A stretch of 64,000 nt of DNA from a bacterium (GCA_965204535.1 OZ241996.1:1152001-1216000); one strand, 5' to 3'. Numbered from the stretch's first letter, positions 47,055 through 57,886 are shown. The notes: generated by a model from the sequence alone, not told the origin. Program-made: numbers and translations.

Positions 47055-47178
47055 GTCGGTATCCGGAAGACAGCTAAGAGGGAGGGCGTCGCGACAGAAG
47101 TAAACATCCGGAATTCAAGGGTCCGTACACGGTGGTTGTTGAAGCTGGGCGATGAGTTCGAGTGGATGAGCAAAGCGC

Positions 47179-47346
47179 TTATCGAATCATCTCGTCGTAG
47201 ACGTCGTCTTTTTTCCCCTTTTTGATGAGCCTGTCGTGCCTCAAGCCTTGAGAGATGGCCAGCCAGACGAAGAACGCCACCAGGGGAATCATGAATGCGA
47301 TGGGGATGTTGTCGGGTTTCGTCAGAATGAGCAGGAAATTTTCCAT
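47179..47346 (-). CDS. small membrane protein with KPDNIPI motif, probable bc-complex associate
   Basis: AAGGA RBS; MENFLLILTKPDNIPIAFMIPLVAFFVWLAISQGLRHDRLI... Confidence 0.7.
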   Translation of the reverse strand: MENFLLILTKPDNIPIAFMIPLVAFFVWLAISQGLRHDRLIKKGKKDDVYDEMIR

Positions 47347-47589
47347 CTCGAATCCTTTTCGGTCGAATTGGCGGTAAATGAGCAACGCCGGTATTCTGAC
47401 GCAAATCCGGGCCGAGGGCAAGAGAATCAGGGGTTTCGCTCCCGCATATCAGTTGTTTCACCAGCGATACGCCTTGACAACCGGCGCGCGGAATGGATAT
47501 ATCTTTGATATCGAGAGTATGTCGCCGGAGTTATTGCGTGGAGCCGGCGCGTCGCCCTTTGTGATTCAAGTCATTCAAGAGGCGCTGAT

Positions 47590-48069
47590 ATGCCGCATTT
47601 TATCTTCGACGCTTGTATCGGGTGTTCCGTGTGCGAACCCGTCTGCCCCACGAAGGCCATCACGGGCGAGCCGCGCGAGATATACAAGATCGACCCCACG
47701 CTCTGCATCGACTGCGGTGTGTGCGGCAAGTATTGCCCGGCCTTCGCCATACAGGACGATACGGGCGACATCATCAAGAACATCAAGCACAAGGAAATGC
47801 CCAAGGCGTTCGTGATCGAGGAGAACTGTACGGGCTGCATCTGGTGCGTGGACGTGTGCCCGTTCGACTGCATCCGCATGGCGCCCTCCTCCGTGGAGCG
47901 CGACCACAGCGCGGTGGCCGTGGTGGATCAGTCCACATGCGTCGGCTGCCGTCTGTGCGAGGAGATTTGCAACAAGGGAGCGATCATCGTGCCCAAGCAC
48001 GAAGACGAATCCGAATACATGACGCCGTTTATGCACGAGTTCGTCACCTCGCCGCTTCGCGCGTATTAA
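47590..48069 (+). CDS. ferredoxin with four 4Fe-4S motifs
   Basis: Four CxxCxxCxxxC motifs. Confidence 0.92.
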   Translation: MPHFIFDACIGCSVCEPVCPTKAITGEPREIYKIDPTLCIDCGVCGKYCPAFAIQDDTGDIIKNIKHKEMPKAFVIEENCTGCIWCVDVCPFDCIRMAPSSVERDHSAVAVVDQSTCVGCRLCEEICNKGAIIVPKHEDESEYMTPFMHEFVTSPLRAY

Positions 48070-48090
48070 GACGAGGCGTATCACACCAGG

Positions 48091-48118
48091 GCTCCCCCGG
48101 AATCGGGGGAGCTTTTTT
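48091..48118 (+). terminator. intrinsic terminator
   Basis: GCTCCCCCG-GAAT-CGGGGGAGC-TTTTTT. Confidence 0.85.
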
Positions 48119-48252
48119 ATTGAGCGAACTCCTTGACGCTGTGTGGGTGCTCAGGTAGCGTTTTCCTGGATAAAGGCTTTATATTCATCGAAAGAGCCTG
48201 ATTTTGCTCTTTTTCGCATCGAGCCGAGCAAGTCGAAAGAGGAGGAAATTCG

Positions 48253-50487
48253 TTGCCTCCAGTTTTGACGTCACGCCCGCCCGCCCGGATCATGGACATC
48301 GTCGATCTGGTCGAGGAATACTCGCCGGACTGCTCGGACTTGCTCACCAAGGCCTATATCTACACGGCGAAGGTCCATAAGGGGCAATCGCGCATTTCCG
48401 GCGAGCCCTACATATCCCATCCGTTGGAGGTGGCCCGGCTTCTGGCGGAGTTGCGCCAGGACCCCGAAACCGTATGCGCGGGGCTTTTGCACGACACCGT
48501 GGAGGACACCGCCACCACGCTCGGGGAAATTGACGAGCATTTCGGAAAGGACGTCGCCGAACTCGTGGACGGCGTCACGAAGCTCGCGAAGATCGACGTT
48601 TCGAACACGCAGGTCCGCCAGGCGGAAAGCTACCGCAAGATGCTGATCGCCATGGCGAAGGATATTCGCGTCATCATCATCAAACTCGCCGACAGGCTCC
48701 ACAACGCGCTGACGCTCCACCATCTTCCCCAGAAAAGCAGAGAGCGCATTGCGCGCGAGACGGCGGAAATATACGCCCCGCTCGCCAACCGCATCGGCAT
48801 CGGGTGGCTCAAGGGAGCGCTCGAGGACGTGGCGTTCAAGCACCTGCATCCCAAGGAATTCCTGGAGATCGACGAGATGCTCCGCGACGGCCTCGAAGAC
48901 CGCGAAGCGTACATGAGTGTCGTCATGGAGCGATTGAGGGAGATTCTAGAGATGGAGGGCATCGAAGGCGATGCCTCCGCCAGATTCAAGCTCCACTCCA
49001 GCATCTACGAGAAGATGCAGACGCAAAACCTCGATTTCCACCAGGTGTACGACATTTGCGGCGTGAGAATCATCGTGGATTCCATGAAGGATTGTTATGC
49101 CGTATTGGGAATCCTGCATTCCACGTGGACGCCCATTCCCGGACGCTTCAAGGACTACATCGCCCTTCCCAAAGCGAATCTGTATCAATCCCTCCACACC
49201 ACCATCGTGGGGCCGGAGGGCCAGCGGGTGGAGTTCCAGATCCGCACGAAGGAGATGCACCGGGTGGCGGAGGAGGGCATCGCCGCGCACTGGAAATACA
49301 AGGAGGGCGATGAGACCGACGACGGCATGGCCGACAAGTTCGAGTGGATCCGGAGAATCGTGGAAAGCCTGAACGAGGAGTCCGACCCCAGGAACCTGGT
49401 CGACTCCGTCAAGGTCAACCTGTTCCAGGACGAGGTGTTCGTTTTTACGCCCCGGGGCGAGGTGAAGAGCCTGCCGCGCGGGGCGACGCCGGTGGATTTC
49501 GCTTTTTCCATCCACACCGAGGTGGGGAGCCGTTGCGTAGGCGCCAAGGTCAACGGAAAAATTACGCCGCTGAGTACGCTGCTCGAGAACGGCGACATCG
49601 TTGAGATCATCACGAATCCGCACCGCAGGCCAAGTGCGGACTGGCTGAAGTTCGTCGTCACCGCCCGGGCGAAGCAGAAAATCAGAAACTGGATAAGACA
49701 GGAGCAAAAAGAGCGCTCCCTCACGCTCGGCCAGGAGTTGCTCGAAAATGAGCTGGAGCGGTGCGTGGAGAAGAAGGAAGTCGCGGGGTACATGAAGCCG
49801 AAGGAATTGAAAGGGGTGGCGCGGTCCTTCGGGGCGCAAAGCGATGAAGATTTGTTGATTTCCATAGGTTTCGGGCGCGTATCCGCGCGGCAGGTGGTGC
49901 ACAAGCTGTTGCCCGAGCAACTCGTGCGCGAGCGGGAGAAGCGGGAGAACTCCCGTCTCAGGCGTCTCGTGAACCGCGTGAGCCGCCACAAGAACAAATC
50001 GGGCATCCTCGTCAAGGGCCAGGACGACGTTTTGATTCGTTACGGGAAATGCTGCCAGCCGATTCCGGGCGACGGGATCGTGGGTTTCATCACGCGCGGA
50101 CGCGGCGTGACGGTGCACAACGAGGGTTGTCCCAACATCAAGGCGTTGATGGACGATCAGGAGCGTCTGGTGGAAGTCGCCTGGGGCGAAGTCGACAAGG
50201 ATCAGATGCACCTGGTGACGCTCGTCGTCGAGGCGCGCGACAGGCCGGGCGTGCTGGCGAGCCTGAGCGCCGACATCGCGACTTGTGATGCGAACATCTC
50301 GCGCGTCGAGGCCGAGACCTTCGGGAACAAGGCGAAGATACGCCTGGACGTGCAGGTGCATGATCTGGCCCAACTCAACGAAGTCCTCAAGAAGGTTCGC
50401 GGCGAAAAATATATCTTCTCAGTCAACCGCATCGCGCCCGAGGTGGCCCCGGTCCAGGGGAAGGTTCCGCAGATTCCCACGGAGTAG
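48253..50487 (+). CDS. rel: bifunctional (p)ppGpp synthetase/hydrolase (long RSH)
   Basis: LHDTVED, IKLADRLHN, RFKDYI, YQSLHT, EFQIRT, TGS, CC and ACT domains; GGAGG before TTG. Confidence 0.96.
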   Translation: MPPVLTSRPPARIMDIVDLVEEYSPDCSDLLTKAYIYTAKVHKGQSRISGEPYISHPLEVARLLAELRQDPETVCAGLLHDTVEDTATTLGEIDEHFGKDVAELVDGVTKLAKIDVSNTQVRQAESYRKMLIAMAKDIRVIIIKLADRLHNALTLHHLPQKSRERIARETAEIYAPLANRIGIGWLKGALEDVAFKHLHPKEFLEIDEMLRDGLEDREAYMSVVMERLREILEMEGIEGDASARFKLHSSIYEKMQTQNLDFHQVYDICGVRIIVDSMKDCYAVLGILHSTWTPIPGRFKDYIALPKANLYQSLHTTIVGPEGQRVEFQIRTKEMHRVAEEGIAAHWKYKEGDETDDGMADKFEWIRRIVESLNEESDPRNLVDSVKVNLFQDEVFVFTPRGEVKSLPRGATPVDFAFSIHTEVGSRCVGAKVNGKITPLSTLLENGDIVEIITNPHRRPSADWLKFVVTARAKQKIRNWIRQEQKERSLTLGQELLENELERCVEKKEVAGYMKPKELKGVARSFGAQSDEDLLISIGFGRVSARQVVHKLLPEQLVREREKRENSRLRRLVNRVSRHKNKSGILVKGQDDVLIRYGKCCQPIPGDGIVGFITRGRGVTVHNEGCPNIKALMDDQERLVEVAWGEVDKDQMHLVTLVVEARDRPGVLASLSADIATCDANISRVEAETFGNKAKIRLDVQVHDLAQLNEVLKKVRGEKYIFSVNRIAPEVAPVQGKVPQIPTE

Positions 50488-50548
50488 GACGCTTTCCCGC
50501 CGTTTCGGCGTAATGACGCGCACCCCGATTGTCTCATGACCAGGGCGA

Positions 50549-51283
50549 ATGACGCTGAAACCTATCGCCCCTTCAGGAATCGATGACGGATCGATGACCG
50601 ACTTGCTCCACCACCCCTGGGAGATCGCGCCCCCCGAAGCGGTTCGCCTCCAAAAGGCGCTTGAAAAACGCCTGGCCCTGCATCCGCTGTCCGCCGCGCC
50701 GAAAACGATCGCGGGCGCCGATATCTCATGCGAGTGGCGCGGGCGGTTCGGAGTAGGGGGAATGGTCGTTTTCTCCTGGCCGGACATGCGGCCCGTCGAC
50801 GAATCGTTCCATGGTGGAGATTTGCGGTTCCCCTACGTGCCGGGGCTGCTCTCTTTCCGGGAGGGGTTCTTGCTCGAAAAAGCCTATCTGGGCTTGAGGG
50901 TAAAGCCGGACCTCATCATCTTCGACGGGCAGGGCACGGCCCATCCCAGAGGACTCGGTATCGCCTCGCATTTGGGACTTCGCCTGGGCGCGCCTTCCAT
51001 CGGATGCGCCAAGAGCCGCCTGTTCGGCGACGCCGCCGAGCCGTTGGGAGAGGAAAAAGGGGATTGGCGATACCTGCTCTCACCTGATGGGCGGAAGATA
51101 GGCGCCGTCCTCAGGACGAGGCGGGGGGTGAAGCCCGTCTATATATCTCCCGGCCACCTCATCGACATCGAGGACTCGGTGCGCTGGGTGCTGGCGGCCA
51201 CTTCCCGGTTCCGTCTGCCCGAGGTGATTCGCGCGGCCCACAGGCGCGTGGGCGAGGAGCGCGTGAGGCGGAAGATGCGATAA
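50549..51283 (+). CDS. nfi: endonuclease V
   Basis: AGADIS, FPYVPGLLSFRE, DGQGTAHPR, GCAKS, RLPE..R.AH. Confidence 0.95.
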   Translation: MTLKPIAPSGIDDGSMTDLLHHPWEIAPPEAVRLQKALEKRLALHPLSAAPKTIAGADISCEWRGRFGVGGMVVFSWPDMRPVDESFHGGDLRFPYVPGLLSFREGFLLEKAYLGLRVKPDLIIFDGQGTAHPRGLGIASHLGLRLGAPSIGCAKSRLFGDAAEPLGEEKGDWRYLLSPDGRKIGAVLRTRRGVKPVYISPGHLIDIEDSVRWVLAATSRFRLPEVIRAAHRRVGEERVRRKMR

Positions 51284-51312
51284 AAAAGCGCCCCTTGCGA
51301 GGCGCTTCTTTT
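51282..51312. terminator. bidirectional terminator
   Basis: AAAAAAGCGCC...GGCGCTTCTTTT between convergent genes. Confidence 0.7.
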
Positions 51313-51328
51313 GTTTGGAAGTCGAGGT

Positions 51329-54283
51329 CTAGCCGGGCGAAGCGTCGCTTTCGGCCTGTTCGGCCTCAGCCTCTTTTTCGGGCTTCTCGGTTCGAGGCGC
51401 TTCGTTCTTCGCGCTGGACTCAGCGGGCTTGAGGAAATTCGTCTCGATCATCAGGTAATCGCGCATCGCGCGGATTTGCCGGTACGCGTCTCCCCCGAGG
51501 AGTTCTTCGTCGATGGGCTCGCCGTGGCTCTCTATCGTCGCCTTTCCGATGGTTTTTCCGAGATCGGTAGGCGAGGAGATGGTCATCTTCTTCTCATCTA
51601 TTTCCGCCACCTTCACGAGGTGCGTGGCGCCGCCGACGCGCAGGGTGGCGAATTGCTCTTCCGGCAACTCGACTTCTTCCGTGGCTTCGAGTTCGTAGAT
51701 GAACAGGTCGTCTTCCTTCTCGCCCCGGATGCCCTTGATGATTTCAGACTGGGAGCCCGCGCCCTCGAAGAAGTTGGGCATCTTGGTTCCCGGCTGGATT
51801 TTGCCCGGGTATATCAGCCAATCGACTATCCAGTCAGGACGCAGTCGATTCTTGGAGAAAAGCAGGTTCGGCGCCGTAGGCGGCTCCTGTCCCGGCGGGG
51901 GCGGCCATTCTCCATGACAGGCCAGGCATTCGGCCATTGCAAAGAGCTTTTTGCCGGCCTGGAGGTTTTCCGCGCTCACGCTCTTGGCGTCGAAATGGAT
52001 ATAGGGATTCAGTTTCGAGTCCAGCGCGGCGAAGTAATCCACGAGCGCCGCAGCGTCTTTCTCGGGCATCTGGAAGCTGGGCATCCGCACCTTGAGCCAT
52101 GGCCGCAGCGTCACGACGTTGCGCAGGAAGCCGAAGAACCAATCGGGCTGCACCTTTCTTCCCTCGCCGTTCAGCAGGGGCGGACCGTTCGTCTTGTCCT
52201 CATAGCGCCTGAGCAGGTCGCCGCCCCAGTTCTCGATGACGTGGCAGCCGTTGCAGTTGTATTTCTCGATCATCCGGCGGCCGTTTTCGATTCGCCGGGC
52301 GCGGGTGTCGAGCACCTGGTGGACGCTGTGGGGCGCGCCGTGCGGCGTCATGGAGCGCAGCAGGGTGCGTATGGCGGAGACCTCCGGATCGGAGAATTCG
52401 AAGTTCGGCATGAGCAGCGTTTCGCGCTCGGTCTGGTAGAGTTGCGGGTTCTTGAGCTTGCCGAACGTCCACGCCTCCCAGGTGTGGGGCATGTCGACCA
52501 CGTTGCCGAAGGAGAGCTCGAAGGGTTTTTTGGCCGCGAAGCGCGTCAGGTCCGGCCCGATCTTGGAGAGCTTCTCGGTGCCGGGGATGACGTGGCAGCC
52601 GAAGCAGCCGCGCGTTGCCACGAGTTTCTTGCCGCGCTCGAACGAGGCCTCATCGCCGAGTTTCCGGGGCTTGGGCCGTTTTGACTCAGGCGTGAGGCTG
52701 ACAAGGTAGGCGGTGACCGCACTCGCTTCCTCATCCGTGAGACGAAGGCTCGGCATCTTGGTGTCGTGCCAATAGGCTTTCGGGTTCTTGAGCCAGCGGA
52801 ACAGCCAGTCGGGCTGGATCTTGGCGCCGATGTTCTGGAGCGCCGGTGCGAAATCGCGGTTGCGGTAGACGATGGGCCTGCCGTTCACGCCTTCGAGCGG
52901 GGGCCCGAGCTCCAGGTCTTTTTCGTTTCGGATGTGGCAACCCAGGCAACCGACCTCTTCGAAGATGGATTTCCCTTGCTTGATCTGCGCGGCGTCATCG
53001 AGATTCGGGAACGCGGCGGATTCCACCTTGCGCGGCCCCTGCCGCCAGACGTATGTGGCGATGTCCAGCGCTTCCTGGTCCGACAGGCTGAAATAGGGCA
53101 TGCGGGTGCGCGGGTTGTAGTCTTTCGGCCTCTTGACCCAGGAGACGAGCCAGGCGGGCGCCACCTTCTCCTGGATTCTCGAGAGGTCCGGCCCCACCTT
53201 GCGCAGGCCTTCCGTGCCCGGAAGGGTGTGGCAGCCGTTGCAGCCGAGTTCTCTGGTGAGGGAGATGCCGCGCGAGATTTGTGGCGCCTCGGGGATGTTG
53301 AATGTCTCGGTGTGGCAGCTTCTGCACTTGGTTTGCGTTTCGCTGCCATGCAGAAGAGGGTCTTCCCAGAATTGCACGTGGCCGTGGGCCGTATTGAGGC
53401 TGGTGACGGCCGTTCCCTGACCGCCGTGGCAAAGCGTGCAACCGACCTTGTTGAATTCGTGCTTCGAGAGATAAAGACGCCTGTTGGGGTGCGTGCGGAA
53501 CGGTTGGGGCGCATCCTCGAAGCCCGCCCTGTTGATGCCCAGGTGACAGGTCTGGCACCGTTCCACCTTCATCACGGGTTCGTTGAAGTTGTTGCGCTCA
53601 TATTCGCGCAGGACGAGCTGGCTGATCTCATAGGGACGGGCGGAGATGCCTTTCAGCCGCCGCTCCTGGGAGGAAATATCGCCGGCTACTTTTCGCCGCG
53701 TCGCCTGGAGCGTTTTCAGTTCTTTTTCCTTGGCCTCAATCTTTGCCTTTATCGCGTCTCTGTCGGCTTCGGCCTTCTCCGCGACGGGCGTTATCTCATC
53801 GAGGAGGGCCTTGGCCTCGTCGACTTCGGTTTGCTCGGCTTCTTTGTCATGCCCTTGCCGGATGGCTTCCTGGAGATAGAAGTAGGACTGATCGAAGAGC
53901 GCTTTTCTGAAGCCAAGCTCCTGCACTTTCTCGAAAGCGTCGAGTTCGCTCTTCGTGAGTTCTGCTTTCAGTTGCTTGAGTTCTTCGTCGCCCGCGAGTT
54001 TTTGTTCTTGCGCGGCGATTTTCTTGTCGAGGTCGGCGACCGCGGAGCCGGTGGTTTTCTTGAGTCTGGCGAGTTCCTTCTCTACCTGGGCTTTTTCATA
54101 GGCGTTGAACTGTTTCTGGTATTGTTTCCAGGGTCTGCGCGTGAACGCCTCGTCCCAGACGGTCCAGAAAGTCACCGCGACCATGAAGAGGCCCAGGATG
54201 AAAAACGGAATCGGACTGGTTTTTTCTTCCGGAGGTTTGAAGTCTCGGCCTTGCATCTTGAAAAAACGCTCCCCCACCGGCAT
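51329..54283 (-). CDS. membrane-anchored multiheme cytochrome c (8 CxxCH)
   Basis: CQTCH, CTLCH, CRSCH, CNGCH, CLGCH, CFGCH, CNGCH, CLACH; repeated T.MP motifs; N-terminal TM and coiled coil; start may be 54256. Confidence 0.92.
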   Translation of the reverse strand: MPVGERFFKMQGRDFKPPEEKTSPIPFFILGLFMVAVTFWTVWDEAFTRRPWKQYQKQFNAYEKAQVEKELARLKKTTGSAVADLDKKIAAQEQKLAGDEELKQLKAELTKSELDAFEKVQELGFRKALFDQSYFYLQEAIRQGHDKEAEQTEVDEAKALLDEITPVAEKAEADRDAIKAKIEAKEKELKTLQATRRKVAGDISSQERRLKGISARPYEISQLVLREYERNNFNEPVMKVERCQTCHLGINRAGFEDAPQPFRTHPNRRLYLSKHEFNKVGCTLCHGGQGTAVTSLNTAHGHVQFWEDPLLHGSETQTKCRSCHTETFNIPEAPQISRGISLTRELGCNGCHTLPGTEGLRKVGPDLSRIQEKVAPAWLVSWVKRPKDYNPRTRMPYFSLSDQEALDIATYVWRQGPRKVESAAFPNLDDAAQIKQGKSIFEEVGCLGCHIRNEKDLELGPPLEGVNGRPIVYRNRDFAPALQNIGAKIQPDWLFRWLKNPKAYWHDTKMPSLRLTDEEASAVTAYLVSLTPESKRPKPRKLGDEASFERGKKLVATRGCFGCHVIPGTEKLSKIGPDLTRFAAKKPFELSFGNVVDMPHTWEAWTFGKLKNPQLYQTERETLLMPNFEFSDPEVSAIRTLLRSMTPHGAPHSVHQVLDTRARRIENGRRMIEKYNCNGCHVIENWGGDLLRRYEDKTNGPPLLNGEGRKVQPDWFFGFLRNVVTLRPWLKVRMPSFQMPEKDAAALVDYFAALDSKLNPYIHFDAKSVSAENLQAGKKLFAMAECLACHGEWPPPPGQEPPTAPNLLFSKNRLRPDWIVDWLIYPGKIQPGTKMPNFFEGAGSQSEIIKGIRGEKEDDLFIYELEATEEVELPEEQFATLRVGGATHLVKVAEIDEKKMTISSPTDLGKTIGKATIESHGEPIDEELLGGDAYRQIRAMRDYLMIETNFLKPAESSAKNEAPRTEKPEKEAEAEQAESDASPG

Positions 54284-54478
54284 TTTGAGCGGAAATTCCG
54301 GGTTTCTTGGCTAAAATCCGGCTGATTATAGGTACGGGCATGACGGGCGTCAACCGCAGAGCGGGTAGTTTTGACTTAAGATAATTCCGCCTGCATACGG
54401 GGAGAATATGCTGAAAACGCGAAGCGCCTCCCGAAAAAGACGGCGGGTGTTCATGCCCCGCATTCGCCTCGCCTGAAG

Positions 54479-57400
54479 TTATTCGTTTTGGCTTCTGATG
54501 ATGCCGGCGAGTTGGCCGATGATGGCGATGGAGATGGTCGGGTGCTCGTGAATCAGTTCGAGAAGGGGCTCTTTCTCGATACCCAGCAATGAGGTGTCCC
54601 GGCTGGCTCGCGCGCCTGCGCTTCTGCCCTCATCGCCGAAAAGCGCGATTTCCCCGAACGAGGTCGGGGGACCGAGCGTGGCCAGAATCCTCGGCGCCCC
54701 GTTCGCTTGGTTGAGGATGATTTCTATCTCCCCGTCCACGATGACGTAGAGATAATCGCAAGGGTCTCCCTGTTCGAAGAGAACCGTTCCCTCCGGTATC
54801 TGGATTTCCCTGGAAATGTGGCTCAGTATTTTCAACTCGTCCGCGCTCAACGTCTCGAACATGTTGACGCCTTTCAAGAACAGGGCTTTTTCGATGGTCG
54901 AGAGCATGAATTTCTCCTGTCCGTGTAGAATTTCGCCGACCGCGCCGTCTCGGGGGCGATCCCGGCGCGTCTGGATGCGCACCAGTCGGCTTTCGTCATT
55001 CTCCATGGTTCTCAAGAACGCCTCAAGTTCGTCTTCGTCTTTCCCGATGATTCTCGTTGCGACGACCGCCGCCTCGCGGACGTAGGGGTCGCCCTCGGAG
55101 GCCCGCGCCTTGAATTGCGCGCGCCATTCGGCGGTCGCCTCATCCGGTTCGCTTTCGAGGTGTTTGCCCGCCGCGTCGACGGCGATGGCCTGGAGCCACG
55201 CGTTTTCGGAATCCATATAAGTCGTCAGCACCTCGTCAATCGATCCTTCGGGTATCTCCCACAGTTTCCTGCCCTCGGAGACCTTGTCGGCGGTCGACCT
55301 GCCGAGCAGCAAAGGTTCGAGAGCCAGAATCAGGACTCTCGTATTGCCGGCCGAAGAGAAGTTCGAGAGCGTTTCGATGGCGATGGCTCTCGACGAGGAG
55401 CCGCCCCGTGCGAGGGATTCCGACACGGTATCCACCGTCTTCTCGTCTCCAATCACCCCCAATAGTTCCAGCAAAACCAGTTGTCTTTCCGCGACGACGT
55501 CTTCAAGCGCTTTTCTCAGCATCGTGAAGGCGGGTGCGTTTTCCCGGCGTTCGATGACGTGGAGGTGATTGATGACGCCGTAGACTTCCCGCAGGTGCTC
55601 CACGGCGAACCCGGAGAGGGAGTCCACGATTTCCTGCGCGCTCATTTCGCGAAAGCCGTTTTGGGCGCTTCTGGACAAAAGCGGAGCGAGAAACGAAAGC
55701 ATCCCGGAGCCTTCGAGGGAGAGGGTTCCTTTTCGCTTCATGTTCTTGAGCGATTCGACGGCCTCTCGTCTCACCAGAAAATCGACGTCCGAGAGAGCGG
55801 TCAGGGCGCGTTCGAAACTCTCCCGCGAGCCTTTGTTGCCCAGTTGCCGGACGCCTCTGCGCCTGATGGCCGCGCTCTCATCCGAAGTGGTCACCCGGAT
55901 GACTTCTTCCATGCTCTCCTCATCGACTCCCTGGTTCATGGCCAGAACTTCTATCGCCTCCAAGGCGGCTTCGCGGACTTTCTCCTCGTCCTGATAGAGA
56001 TAGGGAATCAATCGTCTGATGAAGCGCGGGTTCTGAAGCTCTCCCATGCACCTGAGGGCGCAGACCCTGGCCGCCGCGTCTTCTTCGTTCAGCATCCGGT
56101 GCAGGGTTTGCAGGCCGTTGGCGAGCCAGAACAGATCGTCCGAGCGGACGAGCAGCTCGACGGCACGGGCCCGGACTTCGGGGGAGTCGCTCTCCAGATT
56201 CTCGTGGACCAGTTCCGCCGTCTCCTCCGTCAGTCCGATGCTTTCCGCCGCATCCATGGCGGCGCACTGGAGGAGCGGTTCCTCGCAAGTGAGGTACCCC
56301 TCCAGCAGGGGCCGCATTTTCTCGCCCTCATCGGCTCCGGGAGCCTTGGCGAGAATTTTCAGCAACTCGGCCGCTGCCCCTCCTTTTCGCCGGGGGATTT
56401 CTTCGAGGATGATCCCGAAAATTTCGCTTCTGCCGCTTTCCGCCATCATCTGCGCCGTGAAGACGCAAAGATCATCGTCCCCCTCGCGGATGTTTTTCCT
56501 GAGTATCGCCATGCTCTCATCGTCAACCGGGCCGAACCCTTCCTGGGCGTAGCGGAACAGGCCTAAGTTTCTCTCCTCGAGCATCCGGCGCAGGGCGGCG
56601 CCGTATTCATGGCGCACGAAGAAGCCGACGGCCAGATAGGCGAAGGCGATGAACAAGGAGATGAGCGCCAATTGGCCTGCGCTCAAGGGGAAGAGGGCGA
56701 GACCGGTGGGCTTGATGATGAGCAGGGCGACGCCGCTGACGATGCTGGCCACGGCGACCACCTGGCCTGCGACGAACGCGCCGACTCTCGCGCGGATCGA
56801 GGGGGAGACGGCGTTATAGAGCAGGGCGTTGATGGCATTTCGAATCGATTCCTGGAGGTTCTTGTTGTTGAAGCGCAAGAAGACGGCGGAATAGAAGCCG
56901 GGCGAAATCGCCATGCCCGCGAGGCCGACGATGGTCGTGAGCGGGTAGAGGAGGTTCGCCGTTCCCAGGCCGAGCCGCTTGATGATGCGCGGGGTGATGA
57001 ACGTCTGGACGAGCAGGGAGAATGCGCTCCCGATGGCGGTGAAATACCCTAAGAACGAGGCGAGTTGCGCGCGGTCGGGAAAGACTTCGCGGAATACGAG
57101 GCTGTATTGGAAATCCTGAAAACTCCTGAGAATCACCACGATGAAGCTGAACAGGGCGAACGCGCAGACGTATCTGTTCGTCCGCATGAGCGCGAGATTG
57201 CCGCCTTTTGTGGCCGTCTTGGTTGTTTTGCGCTTTTTGGGGCCCGCATCGTCGATCAGGTGGTCTCTCAGCCGCCGTTCGGTGTATTGCACCACACCGA
57301 CGCTGACGACAATGGCGCCGATCCATACATAGAGCAGATTCGAGACGCTCCCCAGGACGGGGATGAGCAGTGGAATGGCGAGGCCGCCGACAATGCCGCC

Positions 57401-57886
57401 GTAGCGTCCCCCGGTCAGGATGATCGGAACCAGCCGTTTGGATTGCAGGACGTCGAGATACTGCCCGTACAGGGCGCGGAAATTGTTCGGCAGCATATTC
57501 GTGAACATGACGAACAGCGTGTGGAGAAGCGGGAATGCGATCGGCATTGCGTAGGCGCGGAAATCCGCGAAGATGAGCAGCTTGATGCCGAAAACGAGCA
57601 CGATGAAAAAGATCAGGACGGTCTTGAACATCGCCGGAATCGAGAGTTTTTCGGTCAGCGAGGAGTAGAAGGTGCTGATGAAGATGATCATCAGGGCGTT
57701 GAATATGTACATATAGGGGAGAAAACCCGGGCCGACTTCCGAGAGGAACAGGGCTTCGGATACGGTGAGCCCGATGGAGAACTGAATCCCGATCAGGAAA
57801 TAGAAGAAAAAGAACACCGAGAAGACGAGCAACTCCTCTTCCTGGATGTTGAAGACTTTTTTGAGGAGTTTCTTCATGTGGGTCAC
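54479..57886 (-). CDS. NTT/Npt1-like MFS domain + HEAT repeats + cNMP-binding domain protein
   Basis: About 12 TM, ALFL..VG...LPYMY, HEAT-like repeats, C-terminal FGEIALF..EGRSA. Confidence 0.85.
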   Translation of the reverse strand: MTHMKKLLKKVFNIQEEELLVFSVFFFFYFLIGIQFSIGLTVSEALFLSEVGPGFLPYMYIFNALMIIFISTFYSSLTEKLSIPAMFKTVLIFFIVLVFGIKLLIFADFRAYAMPIAFPLLHTLFVMFTNMLPNNFRALYGQYLDVLQSKRLVPIILTGGRYGGIVGGLAIPLLIPVLGSVSNLLYVWIGAIVVSVGVVQYTERRLRDHLIDDAGPKKRKTTKTATKGGNLALMRTNRYVCAFALFSFIVVILRSFQDFQYSLVFREVFPDRAQLASFLGYFTAIGSAFSLLVQTFITPRIIKRLGLGTANLLYPLTTIVGLAGMAISPGFYSAVFLRFNNKNLQESIRNAINALLYNAVSPSIRARVGAFVAGQVVAVASIVSGVALLIIKPTGLALFPLSAGQLALISLFIAFAYLAVGFFVRHEYGAALRRMLEERNLGLFRYAQEGFGPVDDESMAILRKNIREGDDDLCVFTAQMMAESGRSEIFGIILEEIPRRKGGAAAELLKILAKAPGADEGEKMRPLLEGYLTCEEPLLQCAAMDAAESIGLTEETAELVHENLESDSPEVRARAVELLVRSDDLFWLANGLQTLHRMLNEEDAAARVCALRCMGELQNPRFIRRLIPYLYQDEEKVREAALEAIEVLAMNQGVDEESMEEVIRVTTSDESAAIRRRGVRQLGNKGSRESFERALTALSDVDFLVRREAVESLKNMKRKGTLSLEGSGMLSFLAPLLSRSAQNGFREMSAQEIVDSLSGFAVEHLREVYGVINHLHVIERRENAPAFTMLRKALEDVVAERQLVLLELLGVIGDEKTVDTVSESLARGGSSSRAIAIETLSNFSSAGNTRVLILALEPLLLGRSTADKVSEGRKLWEIPEGSIDEVLTTYMDSENAWLQAIAVDAAGKHLESEPDEATAEWRAQFKARASEGDPYVREAAVVATRIIGKDEDELEAFLRTMENDESRLVRIQTRRDRPRDGAVGEILHGQEKFMLSTIEKALFLKGVNMFETLSADELKILSHISREIQIPEGTVLFEQGDPCDYLYVIVDGEIEIILNQANGAPRILATLGPPTSFGEIALFGDEGRSAGARASRDTSLLGIEKEPLLELIHEHPTISIAIIGQLAGIIRSQNE

